A stretch of 64,000 bases of DNA from the NCBI RefSeq assembly GCF_964204645.1, contig NC_134025.1, positions 17,397,101 through 17,461,100 on the forward strand. Direction: 5' to 3'. Below the pieces are notes generated by a model. The model had not been told where the DNA came from, searched no databases, and saw nothing but the letters and a program-made list of their open reading frames with translations. Positions 26,326-38,785 of this stretch are shown here, in pieces (the first letter of the stretch is position 1; the number at the start of each line of letters is the position of its first letter). The DNA is from Tubulanus polymorphus. Lineage: Eukaryota > Animalia > Nemertea. The translations under genes and the position numbers were made by a program.

Positions 26326-29300
26326 CATTATGAGTTTTCCGGTTTGCTCGGCTACCCGTACTGGCGGGGTAGTCTAGAGAGGCTAATGAAAACTCCGGTT
26401 TGCTGAACCACCCCTCTTTGCGGGGATGCGGTATGATGTTTGATCTGACAGTTTCAAGTGGTTAATGGCTGTTTCAAGTGCTTACAACGATGCTTATTAC
26501 TTCGTGGTACATGGTGGTTTAAAAAAAGATTTCATGATAATACGCTCACCGCGTGGGCTTCGTAGAAAGACCACTGCCTGTGGCCTTCCCAAATTTTAAT
26601 TGTCCTGTCCGATTTGGTTTCATCCAATTGAGAGACTGCCTTTTCCAGTTAGGGCATTTTAGGATCACGTCACTCCAGGAAATGACTTAACGCTTTTGGG
26701 CCCCTTCGTCGGTTCCACATGTTTCATTTGAGCTATAGACCACAATGGTGACACCATGATGGTCAGTAACTGACCAATTGAGATATCCCTAAGTCTGACC
26801 ACTTGACTTCGAATTTCGGAAATTTATCATGTAATGTTTGTTTTCAAACCTCTAAGGAATCATCATTGCAAATTCATCACTGACCATCACTGACCACCAA
26901 TGACCAATTCAAACTTCTCGAATATGAAAACGATATACCGCGTTATGGTGTTAAACTAGAAAGGATTCGCCATTGAAAATTCATAAATTGACCATCACTG
27001 ACCACCACTGACCAATTGAAACTTCTTGAAAGAACGATATACCGGTACCGCTTTTGGTGTGAAACTAGAAAGGATTCGCCATTAAAATTCATAAATTGAC
27101 CATCACTGACCACCAGCGAAACTTCTCAAATATCGTGGTCGAATTCGAAAGTGCTTGTCGTCGTATTGCTATTTCTAGAAACCAGCAGAAAGTTTTGCTA
27201 CTGTTTTTGAATGGCGTTGACATGATGGAAATTTATTACCCATAAATGGGTTACACATCTGGATCACAGCACCTCACTTGCCGCAGTGCGTTATTTTCAC
27301 TGCATAGTAATGCTAATACATAAACTTTTTTACTACTTGACTCGAATCATCTGAACAGTACTGCGTTTGAAAACTCAACGAATAGAAAATGTTTGCGGGA
27401 AGCGCCTACAAATAAGTTATAATAAGATTAATTAATCGATGCATGAAAAACAATTAAATCACAAGGTGACTAACACCCGTCTTTCAACCAATCTGCGCGA
27501 TACCAATTAATTAAATCATTAAACGCATTGGGTTCCTAATATTTGAAATCATGTGATACAATAGTTGTTATTTAGACTTGGCCACTTTCATTTCAGAAAA
27601 CCGCGTACTAGACCAGTGGTCACCGAGGCATTAACCATTCCTTCAAGTTTTGAAAATTCGATGGTAACGCGGATTCTTCGCCTCTAAAAACTGTTTCGTT
27701 AATAGTTGTCTTTACATTAAAAGTGTTCATAGGAATTGAAATTTGGAGCGATATCAGTCACAGCTGTAACCCTTTTTCATTGTCAGTTCTTTTTTGGAAT
27801 TCAAGTAGATTAGTGAAAATATCAATGATGAAGTTCACTTATTATATCAAGTACCGTTTTTACTGTCGCATGCGAGTCGAAACAAAACGATCTATCCAAC
27901 TGTATATGTTCGGGTATCACCTGTGATATCCTTCAGTATGTTATGAATATCTTTAAAAATTTGTGTTCTAGTATAATACTCGAAGGTTTAACTATCGGAC
28001 ACATAAAAGATTCGCCATAATCAAAGTTTTTAAGAAAATCTTTCTTCGAGAAAGAAAGATCTTTAAAAGAACGATTGGCGTCAAACTAATCCATAATGGA
28101 CTGTTGTGAATTTATTGAATAATCCACCTGAGAAATTTAAAGATTTCGAAGCGAAATTTATTCATATAAATCAAAAATGCATAAATAACTTGACGTTATT
28201 TGCGGGTCTCATGAAACACTTTCGTGCGCTCTTTTTAAATCTAAAATAGCATAAATACATGCGTGTTTCGTTATAAACAAGGTTAAATTCCAAACGCACA
28301 TGAAATATGGAGCCTGTATCTCACACGATATACACATCTTGAATTTTCTCTAACTACGTAGGCCCTTTCCAAATGGGAATTGTTCAGTTCTTTAACGGCC
28401 GACATTCAGAGGCACCTAAAAAACCGGTTGTATAGCACTTGAGATTTTCAGTGTAGGGCACATCTCACATCGACTCGGCTCGCGGTCGGTGGTTTAATGG
28501 GAACACATCTGGTTGTTACTAGTTTAACAGTTGACGAATTCAGAAAACTTTTTTCAAATGTCTTTGATAACTTTTTAAACATAGTATTCCTCTTAATTAC
28601 ATTTCGCTGATTCCATAGATATTTTTTCATGAAAATTGCTCCAGTTATAACGGATTTAAACATACATGTAAAATGATTATTTTTAAAATATTCAATTTTC
28701 TCCGATTTTGAAGAAATTCTGACACAATATCATCTCCACTCGACACATGATTTTACTTCGGCGCCTTCGAAGGGAGTGTCACTTGTTGTTGAGTTCATAT
28801 TTAGTCAATAAAGAAGATATGCCTGATTCCTTTTTAGAATTTAGATTTCGACGGATATCATCAAATTACTAGAAAGGGACAGCAGCTTTCGGTCATCCGC
28901 AAAAAAATACCTAAAATGCTCTCCTAGGGTTATGGAAAAACATGTCACGAAACATACGGAAAATCCTTTGTTTGGTAGACTGAAATTATTGAACTCTTAA
29001 ATAGCAACATTCAGAAAAACAAAAACATAAGAATATATTCTCGCCCACCCTTTAAAAAAACAACGTGATTTCAATTGAAGATGACACGTAGCCTCATATC
29101 AAATGATATGAACGCAACAGAGCCTATTCATTCTCTTTACGAGGATGGGTCTCCACATTAATAGGATACGATACGAGATTCGTGGGTACGAATGATGAAT
29201 ACAACTGATAAAGCGCCAATTTCACTGATTCTTGCACATAAAGGTGTTTTAGAGTAATCTAGTTAACAGGTGTGTTTTAGGAGTATTTTGAATTTAAACT

Positions 29301-31846
29301 CAAATCGGGGTTCATGACGAATATTGAGCATTCTAGGGCTGGAGCAAGAAACGTGTGGGATCGTCCGCCAATGGTATCACCAAAGAAATAATAAGGAGCC
29401 AGTCCGTGGTGGCTATTGAAAGCGACGACCGCATGTGAATGCATTGATTGAATGACATCTCAAAAGTCAGATTTTATAAAATTGAAGATGATATATGGAT
29501 AGGTTATTCAATATATACTGGTAAAAATGATGCCCAATATGTGATATAAATGTTCAATTAAAAAGTAGAAACCGAATCCATACTTCAGTCTGATATTGTT
29601 ATAACATCAAACACTCGAATTTAATCCTTCGTTAGATTGGTAGCCAGTGTAGATGAGCAAGAATAGTGGTCCCTAATTTTAATGTGGACTGTTCAACAAG
29701 TTGGAGTTTGTGAAGAGATGAATGAGTTTAAAATGGAGTGGAATTTAGATAATACTGTTTGAATGTCTATTACTCAATCTTTTTATTGATCATAAAAAAT
29801 TGTGGTAAAATATTTGACTCTAGGGTTGGTTTTAGATTGTATCTCTCCACGCCAGAGGTAATCACGGATATTGGACTACACAAAATTCCTTGTGTACAGC
29901 TCAACTTTTTAAATCCCTGGAAAAGCTCGCCACGGATATATCTCAGTAATGATTAATTTTCCCACAAATTCTGCCCTTCGAAAAACCTAAACAACCAATG
30001 TACGCTTGCTCTAAGTTTGCCAATGCACTATTGTTACCTTTTCTAGCTATTTGCACTAGCTGTTTGTCGCACTGGTAAACTTACTAACTTTTGGCAACTG
30101 ACCTTAGATCGTGGAATGGTCTCAGGTGACCTGCTGATCCACTCTTTATTTATACTACTAAAGAAATATACAGTATAAGACGTAAAAAGTATATGAACAT
30201 ATTATTTATCTTTATATCGCGATAATTCGTGTACGTATGATTGAAAAACGATATTCTATCGAATCTCATGGTACTTATGATTATTGTGTATTAGCAACCC
30301 TCCACGGATACGAAGCAGCCTAAGTTTACATCCTACCAAAATTATCCTCGGAACTCTCAGCATTATTTCAAGGGTCGGTCTTAGAAAATATACGAAGGAC
30401 GTGTTCACAGGTTAACGAGGCCAAAAATCTTCCCCAAAATTTCAAATTTTTACAAGCAAAGATAATATACTTCATGCTTTTGGTGCAGAAAAAAATACAT
30501 GTCCACAAAATGCAAATTGTGTTTTCAAAGTAAACGATTGAGTGTGGAATTGTTTTGAATTCACGGTTTTCCCATTAACACTCCGGTTTTTTCAATAAGA
30601 TAAGTCAAACTATTGTTGTGATGGCCAGTTGAATACTTCATCATTATATTGAAAGATATGTTATACTTAATGCATCTTTTCTTAGGCCTTAGCTTTCTCT
30701 ATTGGTTAGCGTTGTGATCACTCAAAATTAACCATAAGTTTGAATTCTCACTGATCTACTACATCTCTATAACAAAAATATATTTCATATCAGGCAATTA
30801 GCATTGATCTGTGGTCAGTGGACAGCAGCTACGAAACATTTAAAACTACTACATTATCATTCCATCTATTCATGTATATATAATATGATATGATATCTTC
30901 TTTGTTCAGTTTAAAATTCTTGATCGTAAAAGTTTGACAAGTCTCGCATGTTGGTACCGATACGCACGTTCACGCGAGTGAAATGTGCACGTTACAGGCT
31001 CAAATGCGCACGTTACAATTACAAATGGAAACGTTGTTCGTTCAAAACCCTACGTAAAAATCTTAAGCATTTTAGCGGAATTTCAAAGTTAGCTCGCTAC
31101 ATACAACAAAATCGGACAAGACTTTTTCAAGCGACACATTTAAATGTAAGAGCTAGTAGTACCAACGAAGGATTCACTAAACATATAAATTACTTATGGG
31201 GGTTCTGGTTAGCACTGGTAACTGGTCAGTACTGGTCAAGCATTGGTCAGTTAAACAATTTTTAGATTAATGCCCACATCATATCTAGTTATTTGACACC
31301 AAACAACTTAATTGTTTGCAAACAAATAATTTACTATATGGTCAGTACTGGTCATGCATTGGTCAGTTAAAAGACCATGGTCCACGCCACATTTGTTACC
31401 AAACATGATTGGATTGTGTCGTTTCGAAAATTTATCTGTTGGGCAATTTGTGGTCAGCCCTGGTTCGTTAGGTTCTTATTTTGCGGGCATTTTATCTCGA
31501 ACCACCGAAAGACCGAATCACTAATTAATTCACCAGATCGTTAATTGCTGAAAATGAAGATTAGTGTTTAACTAATAGTCATTGTCTGAACAAAATGTCT
31601 CTGGTATGGGTGCTATGGAATCATGTCCTTAACTGTACACCGTACTGTATATTTGTACTGTATCTTTTTATGTTCACTACTACCGTAATTGACTATGATG
31701 TTTTCAAGTGGTCTTAAGTACCGCTAATAGCCGAAAGTCGTTGATTTATGTGAAATTTACATACAGCGCCACCCGTTGATAGTAAAACTAACCCGAGCAA
31801 TACGGGTGTTAAATAGATACGCTAGCAAACCGGCATTCTCATAATG
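26326..31846. mobile_element. Non-coding TIR element copy E2 (uninterrupted, ~5.5 kb)
   Basis: Same TIRs as E1 and highly similar throughout; flanks ccaa|...|aatg. Confidence 0.88.
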
Positions 31847-34800
31847 AATGATGTATATGTTGAACATTAAGGATCAATAAAGTTATTTTGAATTTGAATT
31901 TTGAATTTGTTATAACATCAAACACTCAATTCAATCCTTTGTTAGATTGGTAGCCAGAGATGAGCAAGAATAGTGGTCCCTAATTTTAATGTGGACTGTT
32001 CAACAAGTTGGAGTTTGTGTAGAGATGAATGAGTTTAAAATGGAGTGGAATTTAGATAATACTGTTTGAATGTCTATTACTCAATCATTTAAAAAATTGT
32101 GGTAAAATATTTGACTCTAGGGTTGGTTTTAGATTGTATCTCTCCCCGCCAGAGGTAATCACGGATATTGGACTACACAAAATTCCTTGTGTACAGCTCA
32201 ACTTTTTAAATCCCTGGAAAAGCTCGCCTCGGATATATCTCAGTAATGATTAATTTTCCCAAAAAGTCTCCCCTTCGAAAAACCTAAACAACCAATGTGC
32301 GCTTGCTCTAAGTTTGCCAATGCACTATTGTTACCTTTTCTAGCTATTTGTACTAGCAGTTTGTCGCAAATAGATTGCATCCTCTATTACAGGAATAAAG
32401 GATACAGCTCTGGGACTCGTTTCTCAAAAGATAGTTTAAATTAACCATTTGTCGGGAATTGTATATAGGCTTATATTACAGTACTATACTATTATATTAC
32501 ATGTACCAAATCAACCAAAACTGTTCAAACTCAAAACCATTCAAATGTCAAAATAATCCTCTCTTTCATAATTGTTGTATATAAGCTCCGAATAAATGTT
32601 CCCAGGCAGTCAGTATACAGTAACCAGGTCTTGTTACGATGTCTCTTACCAATAACCAGAGGATCACAGTACTATTACAGTCGTTCACCAACACCATCAT
32701 CCAATATGATACATGACTAAATACACTGAAAAAGATCAACTATGTACACATTTCAAATTTCAAACCATGTTTTATCATTAGAAAATTACGACACAAAACG
32801 TTCGATCTCTCACTAGAGATAATCTTTTTGAATTTGTACACTGAGTTTTCGTATCGTATTATCGTATTTTCAATTCTCTGCTTTTGAGCCAACAAGTACA
32901 AAGTTATTTTAGCAATGAAAATTTAATTGTCATTATAAATGTTAACTATCCACTGGTAAACTTAATAACTTTCGGCAACTGACCTTAGATCGTGGAATGG
33001 TCTCAGGTGGCCTGCTGATCCACTCTTTATTTATACTACTAAAGAAATATACAGACGTAAAAAGTATATGAACATATTATTTATCTTTATATCGCGATAA
33101 TTCGTGTACATATGATTGAAAAACGATATTCTATCGAATCTCATGGTACTTATGATTATTGTGTATAGAATCAATAATTAGCAACCCTCCACGGATAAGA
33201 AGGAGCCTAAGTTTACATCCTACCAAAATTTTCCTCGAAAGTCTCAGCATTATTTCAAGGGTCGGTCTTAGAAAATATATGAAGGACGTGTTCACAGGTA
33301 AACGAGGCCAAAAATCTTCCCGAAAATTTCAAATTTTTACAAGCAAAGATAATATACTTCATGCTTTTGGCGCAGAAAAAAAATACATGTCCACAAAATG
33401 CAAATTGTGTTTTCAAAGTAAACGATTGAGTGTGGAATTGTTTCGAATTCAAGGTTTTCCCATTAACACTCCGGTATTTTTCAATAAGATAAGTCAAACT
33501 ATTGTTGTGATGGCCAGTTGAATACTTCATCATTATACTGAAAGATATGTTATACCGGTACTTAATGCATCTTTTCTTAGGCCTTACAGCTTTCTCTATT
33601 GGTTAGCGTTGTGATCACACAAAATTAACCATAAGTTTGAATTCTCACTGATCTACTACATCTCTATAACGAAAATATATTTCATATCAGGCAATTAACT
33701 TTGATCTGTGGTCAGTGGACAGCAGCTACGAAACATTTAAAACTACTACATTATCATTCCATCTATTCATGTATACATAATATGATATCTTCTTTGTTCA
33801 GTTTAAAAGTCTTGATCGTAAAAGTTTGACAAGTCTCGCATGTTGGTACCGATACGCACGTTCACGCGAGTGAAATGTGCACGTTACAGGCTCAAATGCG
33901 CACGTTACAATTACAAATGGAAACGTACGTTGATCGTTCAAAACCCTACGTAAAAGTCTAATGCATTTTAGCGGAATTTCAAAGTTAGCTCGCTACCTAC
34001 AACAAAAATCGGACAAGACTTTTTCAAGCGACACATTTAAATGTAAGAGCTAGTAATACTAACGAAGGATTCAATAAACATATAAATTACTTATGGGGGT
34101 TCTGGTAAGCACTGGTAATTGGTCAGTACTTGTCAAGCATTGGTCAGTTAAACAATTTTTAGATTAATGCCCACATCATATCTAGTTATTTGACACCAAA
34201 CAACTTAATTGTTTGCAAAACAAATAATTTACTATATGGTCAGTACTAGTCATGCATTGGTCAGTTAAAAGACCATGGTCCACGCCACATTTGATACCAA
34301 ACATGATTGGATTGTGTCGTTTCGAAAATTTATCTGTAGGGAAATTTGTGGTCAGCCCTGGTTCGTTAGGTTCTTATTTTGCGGGCATTTTATCTCGAAC
34401 CACCGAAAGACCGAATCACTAATTAATTCACCAGATCATTAATTGCTGAAAATGAAGATTAGTGTTTAACTAATAGTCCTTGTCTGAAATAAATGTCTCT
34501 GGTATGGGTCCTATGGAATCATGTCCTTAACTGTACACCGTACTGTATCTTTGTACTGTATCTTTTTATGTTCACTACTACCGTAATTGACTATGATGTT
34601 TTCAAGTGGTCTTAAGTAGCGCTAATAGCCGAAAGTCGTTGATTTATGTGAAATTTACATATAGCGCCACTCGTTGGTAGTAAAAATAACCCGAGCAATA
34701 CGGGTGTTAAATAGATACGCTGGCAAACCGGCATTCTCATAATGCAAACCGTCACAGGATTTTTTCAGACATAGGCACACCTGAAAGAGATTTGAAATCA

Positions 34801-35231
34801 CCAGTCAGAGAAATGGAGGTATAATAGATTGTGACTCATCAGTTAGAAAAAAAATATTATAAATTTTGAATCCAGACCAAAACATATCAATACAATACAA
34901 CATCCTGGGCTTGCATTTCAGGTGTTAATAGAGGAGGATCAATCAAATGAAAATACTGATGATAATGACTTCAATGGCGGAAACGATGATGATGATGGAG
35001 ATGATGATGATGACGTGGATGATGGAGACGATGACGACGACGACGTGGACGACGACGACGTTATAAAAGACATCTCGAGTCACAAAAACACAAACAAAAT
35101 TTAAGTAATAATGTTTTAGGAACAGATTATTTTGATGATAAACCTCAACAAGTAAAAAAAAACCAGTTTCAAACACTAAATCTATTTCAAATAAACCTTA
35201 CATGGAAAATGTTAGAAATTATATCGATTCA

Positions 35232-35705
35232 CTAGAAATAAAAGATACAATTGATTTTCTTAATTCTAGATTGTTCTAATTTAATAAAAGTTGGTTTTTT
35301 TATTATTTTATCGATACTTTTATTAGAAGAAATCTTAAAATAATAATCACCTTTCAAATGCCAATAATAATCACCATTTAAATATTTCAAATCTTTTACT
35401 AAATAATTCACACATTTATCTGTTATATTGAGTCCAGATTTTTTTAATATTGGTTTGAATTCATCAGTTAATTCGTCATATTCTAATTCTTTTTTTATTA
35501 AATCTGGATTTTCATTTTCAATGTCCAATCTTGAACGTGCTTTATTAACATATTTATTGGTATCAGGTCTTGCTAAATTAGAATTATATGCTGTTTCATT
35601 ATCGTTACTGAAACTTGTATCATTGAATTCAGGCGGTTGTTCTTCAGTTATACCAGGTTCATCAAAGGTATCCATTCCAATATCTTCTCCACCTTCTACA
35701 TCCAT
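35232..35705 (-). CDS. Hypothetical virus-element protein with acidic N-terminus (probably truncated)
   Basis: 157-aa ORF with TAAATG start, in the co-oriented cluster. Confidence 0.55.
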   Translation of the reverse strand: MDVEGGEDIGMDTFDEPGITEEQPPEFNDTSFSNDNETAYNSNLARPDTNKYVNKARSRLDIENENPDLIKKELEYDELTDEFKPILKKSGLNITDKCVNYLVKDLKYLNGDYYWHLKGDYYFKISSNKSIDKIIKKPTFIKLEQSRIKKINCIFYF

Positions 35706-35720
35706 TTACATAATAAAAAA

Positions 35721-37038
35721 TTAAAATTTAAAATATAATATTCCTCCGATTACAATTCCTATACAAGTTAAAGCTAATTTAGTATTTTCATGGGATTTAT
35801 TATCATTAGCAGTTTTAATTATATCATGTTGAATATTATCAGTTTTAATATTTTCTGTAGTATTGTAATCTTTTATTTTAGAATCATTATTTAATTTAAT
35901 ATTCTTAGTTTTAGTTTCTGTTGATTGAATATGTTTTTTATTTTTTTCACCTTCCACTAATTTTGGAGCAGTAATAATCTTTTTATTTATATCATTTAAT
36001 CCAAATGAATTATTTATTGTTGCAGTTTTAATTAGATTATTATAACCAATTATATTTCCCATCTTTAATACTAAATCATTAGAAATAATTAATAGATTAG
36101 GGCCTATACAATAATTTAGTCTTACATGAGATTTATCTAAATAATCTCGCAATGTTTTCTGGAAACGATCTATTTTTATCATTATGAATTGAATCTTCAA
36201 ATAATACTTTGAATTGTTTCTGCGCATCGAATGAAGTGTTATCATTTCCAACTATTGGTGATCTTGTTTCAACTTGCGCGCCTAGAATACATATCAAATA
36301 AGTTCTAATAGATTGATTTATTCTTTGTATACCTGATTTTGTAAAACCATTGCTATTTTCTAAAATGAAATTAATCCAACCATTATTGTTTTGTTGTTGT
36401 ATATTATTATAATATTTTGGTAATTCATTCCAATTGAGTGTTCTTATATCTGTATTTGTCATTATTTTTCCAAATTCTTTAGTATATAATATTCCTAATC
36501 CACCCATTGTACCAATTTTTGCTCTAAAATCATTATTTGAATTAATATTAAATTCATTACATATTTTACAAAACTTAGAAAAATTAATATTATTATTTAG
36601 TTCATTAAAATATTTTGAACCTGGTAAAGGACATTCTAATTCATCTAATATTAATTTTATTTGAAAATATGTATGAAATCCAAAAAGTGATAACATCAAT
36701 GGTAAACTTGGTTTATTCAAATGATCATTCCAACTAATTCCACATCCTGTTGTTGCACAATAAACAGCAAAATTTAATTGGTTCTGCCAATACTTCATAT
36801 TAGATTTTAATAACCATTGTTTTGCCTCATTTAAATTTCAAAAATTAATTGTATACACATGAAATATATTTTCCATCTTAACATTAAGATAATTAGTATC
36901 AGTAACATAAATATATAAATCAATTAATGAATTTAAAACTTCATTTCTATATGTAATATCTTTATTGAAATCTATTGCAGGAATATTATATTTAATTGTT
37001 TTATTATATTGGAAAGCTTTTGGAAAACTATCTACCAT
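35721..37038 (-). pseudogene. Frameshifted hypothetical protein (YWQNQLNFAVYCATTGCGIS motif) with C-terminal transmembrane anchor
   Basis: Three consecutive ORFs (36838-37038, 36133-36798, 35721-36251) read as one gene ending LALTCIGIVIGGILYFKF. Confidence 0.7.
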
Positions 37039-37054
37039 TTATATAATTAAAAAA

Positions 37055-37489
37055 TTAATAATTTCTTAATTCTTTTAATAATTTATCTTGTTCTTCAACT
37101 GTTATATAACCATTTAAACTTATTATATAATCTAGTGTATTTTTCAATTTATTAATTTCTTTTATATTAGTTTTAATTTTTTCTTTATTACTTTTTATAT
37201 TTAATTTTGAACTGATACCAGTTAAACCACTTGAATTTAATCCTAATACACCAATTGATATAGCTAAAGGTGTTAATGGTGAAAATATTGCTAAAAATGT
37301 TATTACAGAACTAATTGTAACTGAACCACTAATAATAAAATAATGTATAATTTTAGATTTTAAATATTTTTTCTTTTTTATCTTTAAGTCATTTTCAAAT
37401 TCTAATATTTGTTTTTCTAAATATATTTTTAATTTAGTTTTATTTATATCATGAGGAATAATATCAATATTATCAACTTTATCATCCAT
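37055..37489 (-). CDS. Two-TM coiled-coil membrane protein
   Basis: 144 aa; hydrophobic IIHYFIISGSVTISSVITFLAIFSPLTPLAISIGVLG between Lys-rich helices; TAAATG start. Confidence 0.7.
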   Translation of the reverse strand: MDDKVDNIDIIPHDINKTKLKIYLEKQILEFENDLKIKKKKYLKSKIIHYFIISGSVTISSVITFLAIFSPLTPLAISIGVLGLNSSGLTGISSKLNIKSNKEKIKTNIKEINKLKNTLDYIISLNGYITVEEQDKLLKELRNY

Positions 37490-37566
37490 TTATTTAGCAA
37501 CAAATTACTAATTAGTAAATCTATACGCTACAAATATAACAATAACTGTTCCTCCTAAAATCCAAA

Positions 37567-37929
37567 TTATTTCATATTTCTGTTGTTCTTTACTTGGGGT
37601 ATAATAATCTGATAATTTAGGTTTGTATAGATGTAATTTTCTTTATTGGTTACCGCGTTATATAAACTCATTGCATCATCAACTGATTGAAAATCTCTAT
37701 GTGAAATCTTCTGATCATATAATTCCTTGTTAATACAATCCATATAGTTTTGTCTCTTTTCTCTATATTCTTCTGCAGCTATATTGTATTTCTCTAATGC
37801 TAAGTTATGTCTTTTTTGTTCTGATAATGATCCATTTTTATCAATATGCTTAAATAAATATCCGCCACCAGTAAATGCTAAAGCGTTAACAATTACCGAT
37901 CCTATAATAGTTATAACTTCAGAAGCCAT
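37567..37929 (-). CDS. Small protein with N-terminal hydrophobic segment and coiled coil
   Basis: MASEVITIIGSVIVNALAFTGGGYLF...EQKRHNLALEK; the C-terminus appears frameshifted away from a second hydrophobic stretch near 37500-37565. Confidence 0.7.
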   Translation of the reverse strand: MASEVITIIGSVIVNALAFTGGGYLFKHIDKNGSLSEQKRHNLALEKYNIAAEEYREKRQNYMDCINKELYDQKISHRDFQSVDDAMSLYNAVTNKENYIYTNLNYQIIIPQVKNNRNMK

Positions 37930-37953
37930 TTATTTAGTAAAATAATTACGCAT

Positions 37954-38175
37954 TTATATGGGAGGAGTATATTTTTGTTTTTCCAAATAATCAATAGTTA
38001 AATTAGATAAAGTAACTGCTAATGTTAATTTTAAAATATCATTTATATCAAATCTATCAACATTAACACTTCCCATTTTAAATACTTTTTTTAATACCAT
38101 TGAATAACCAACAGTTCCAACTGATAGTAATGCTCCATTATATAATCCAGTTATTATCCACTTATTATCACTCAT
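37954..38175 (-). CDS. Small two-TM membrane protein
   Basis: 73 aa, two hydrophobic segments, TAAATG start. Confidence 0.65.
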   Translation of the reverse strand: MSDNKWIITGLYNGALLSVGTVGYSMVLKKVFKMGSVNVDRFDINDILKLTLAVTLSNLTIDYLEKQKYTPPI

Positions 38176-38499
38176 TTATTTATAAAAAAAATTACTATCA
38201 TCAAAATATTTAGTTATCTTAGTGATGATTAATTCAACATTTATTTCATTACTAGTTTCATTTGTATATATTTCAATTATTATTAAAGATTCTCTAATTA
38301 AATTAGTAATCTTTTCTACATTTAAAGTTTCTTTATCTATTGTTTTTTTATACTCAAATGTTGTTTCATTAGAAAATGCAATATTCTTAACATGTGTTAA
38401 TTATCATTAATGTTAAATTTCATTTCTTTCTCACGTTTAAAATCAAACCAAAAACATATGCTCGGTCCAACAGTTATATTCATTTATATAATGAAAAAA

Positions 38500-38785
38500 T
38501 TACTCTCTACATCTTATTACTAATTCATATATCACAGTAAAGTTATTTAAATCAATTAAATATCCATTATGATTTTTCATTTCTAATTTAAAATTATTAA
38601 ATTTGTTTAAAATCACATTCAGCTAGATTATAATTTATTTGCGTTCCAAATTGTTTAACATTTTTTAATGGTAAAATATTCAACAAACCAGAATTACAAA
38701 TTGTAGCTTTAGTTGCTTCAAATGTTTTTGTAGGATCAATTAAATTGATATTATGCGGTTCAAATATAAATAAATCTTTATTCAT
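38500..38785 (-). pseudogene. Deletion fusion: ATPase N-terminus joined to a penton/minor-capsid-like C-terminus
   Basis: First 12 aa (MNKDLFIFEPHN) identical to the copy-B ATPase, then unrelated sequence; after a frameshift it ends NNFKLEMKNHNGYLIDLNNFTVIYELVIR. Confidence 0.5.

Larger units (their letters stand above)
24289..31906 (+). mobile_element. 5'-truncated non-LTR retrotransposon (LINE) with E2 inserted in its 3' UTR
   Basis: 12-bp TSD ttgttataacat (24277-24288 / 31907-31918); 3' tail aataaa plus (ttgaat)n at 31876-31906; (tatg)n microsatellite at 26010-26100. Confidence 0.85.
20625..34744. mobile_element. Non-coding TIR element copy E1 (outer), interrupted by the LINE and E2
   Basis: 22-bp imperfect TIR cattatgagttttccggtttgc / gcaaaccggcattctcataatg; 20625-24288 plus 31907-34744 is collinear with E2. 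Confidence 0.85.
20561..35104 (+). pseudogene. Split spliced gene remnant (Cys/His N-terminus plus acidic tract), possibly a CACTA/EnSpm-like transposase 5' end
   Basis: Joining 20561-20624 to 34745 onward gives in-frame MGRQVPCYCPKCDGLLVNNKT(T)NRHRIFSDIG...EME, a GT-AG intron, then VLIEEDQSNENTDDNDF(D-rich). Confidence 0.45.

Noticed and set aside
20625-34744. Segmental duplication or assembly artefact
   Set aside because: TIRs, the LINE's TSD and scattered substitutions explain it as two independent nested insertions.
34943-35176. Hydrophobic Val/Ile-rich ORF on the minus strand
   Set aside because: Antisense shadow of the (GAT/GAC)n Asp-rich tract.
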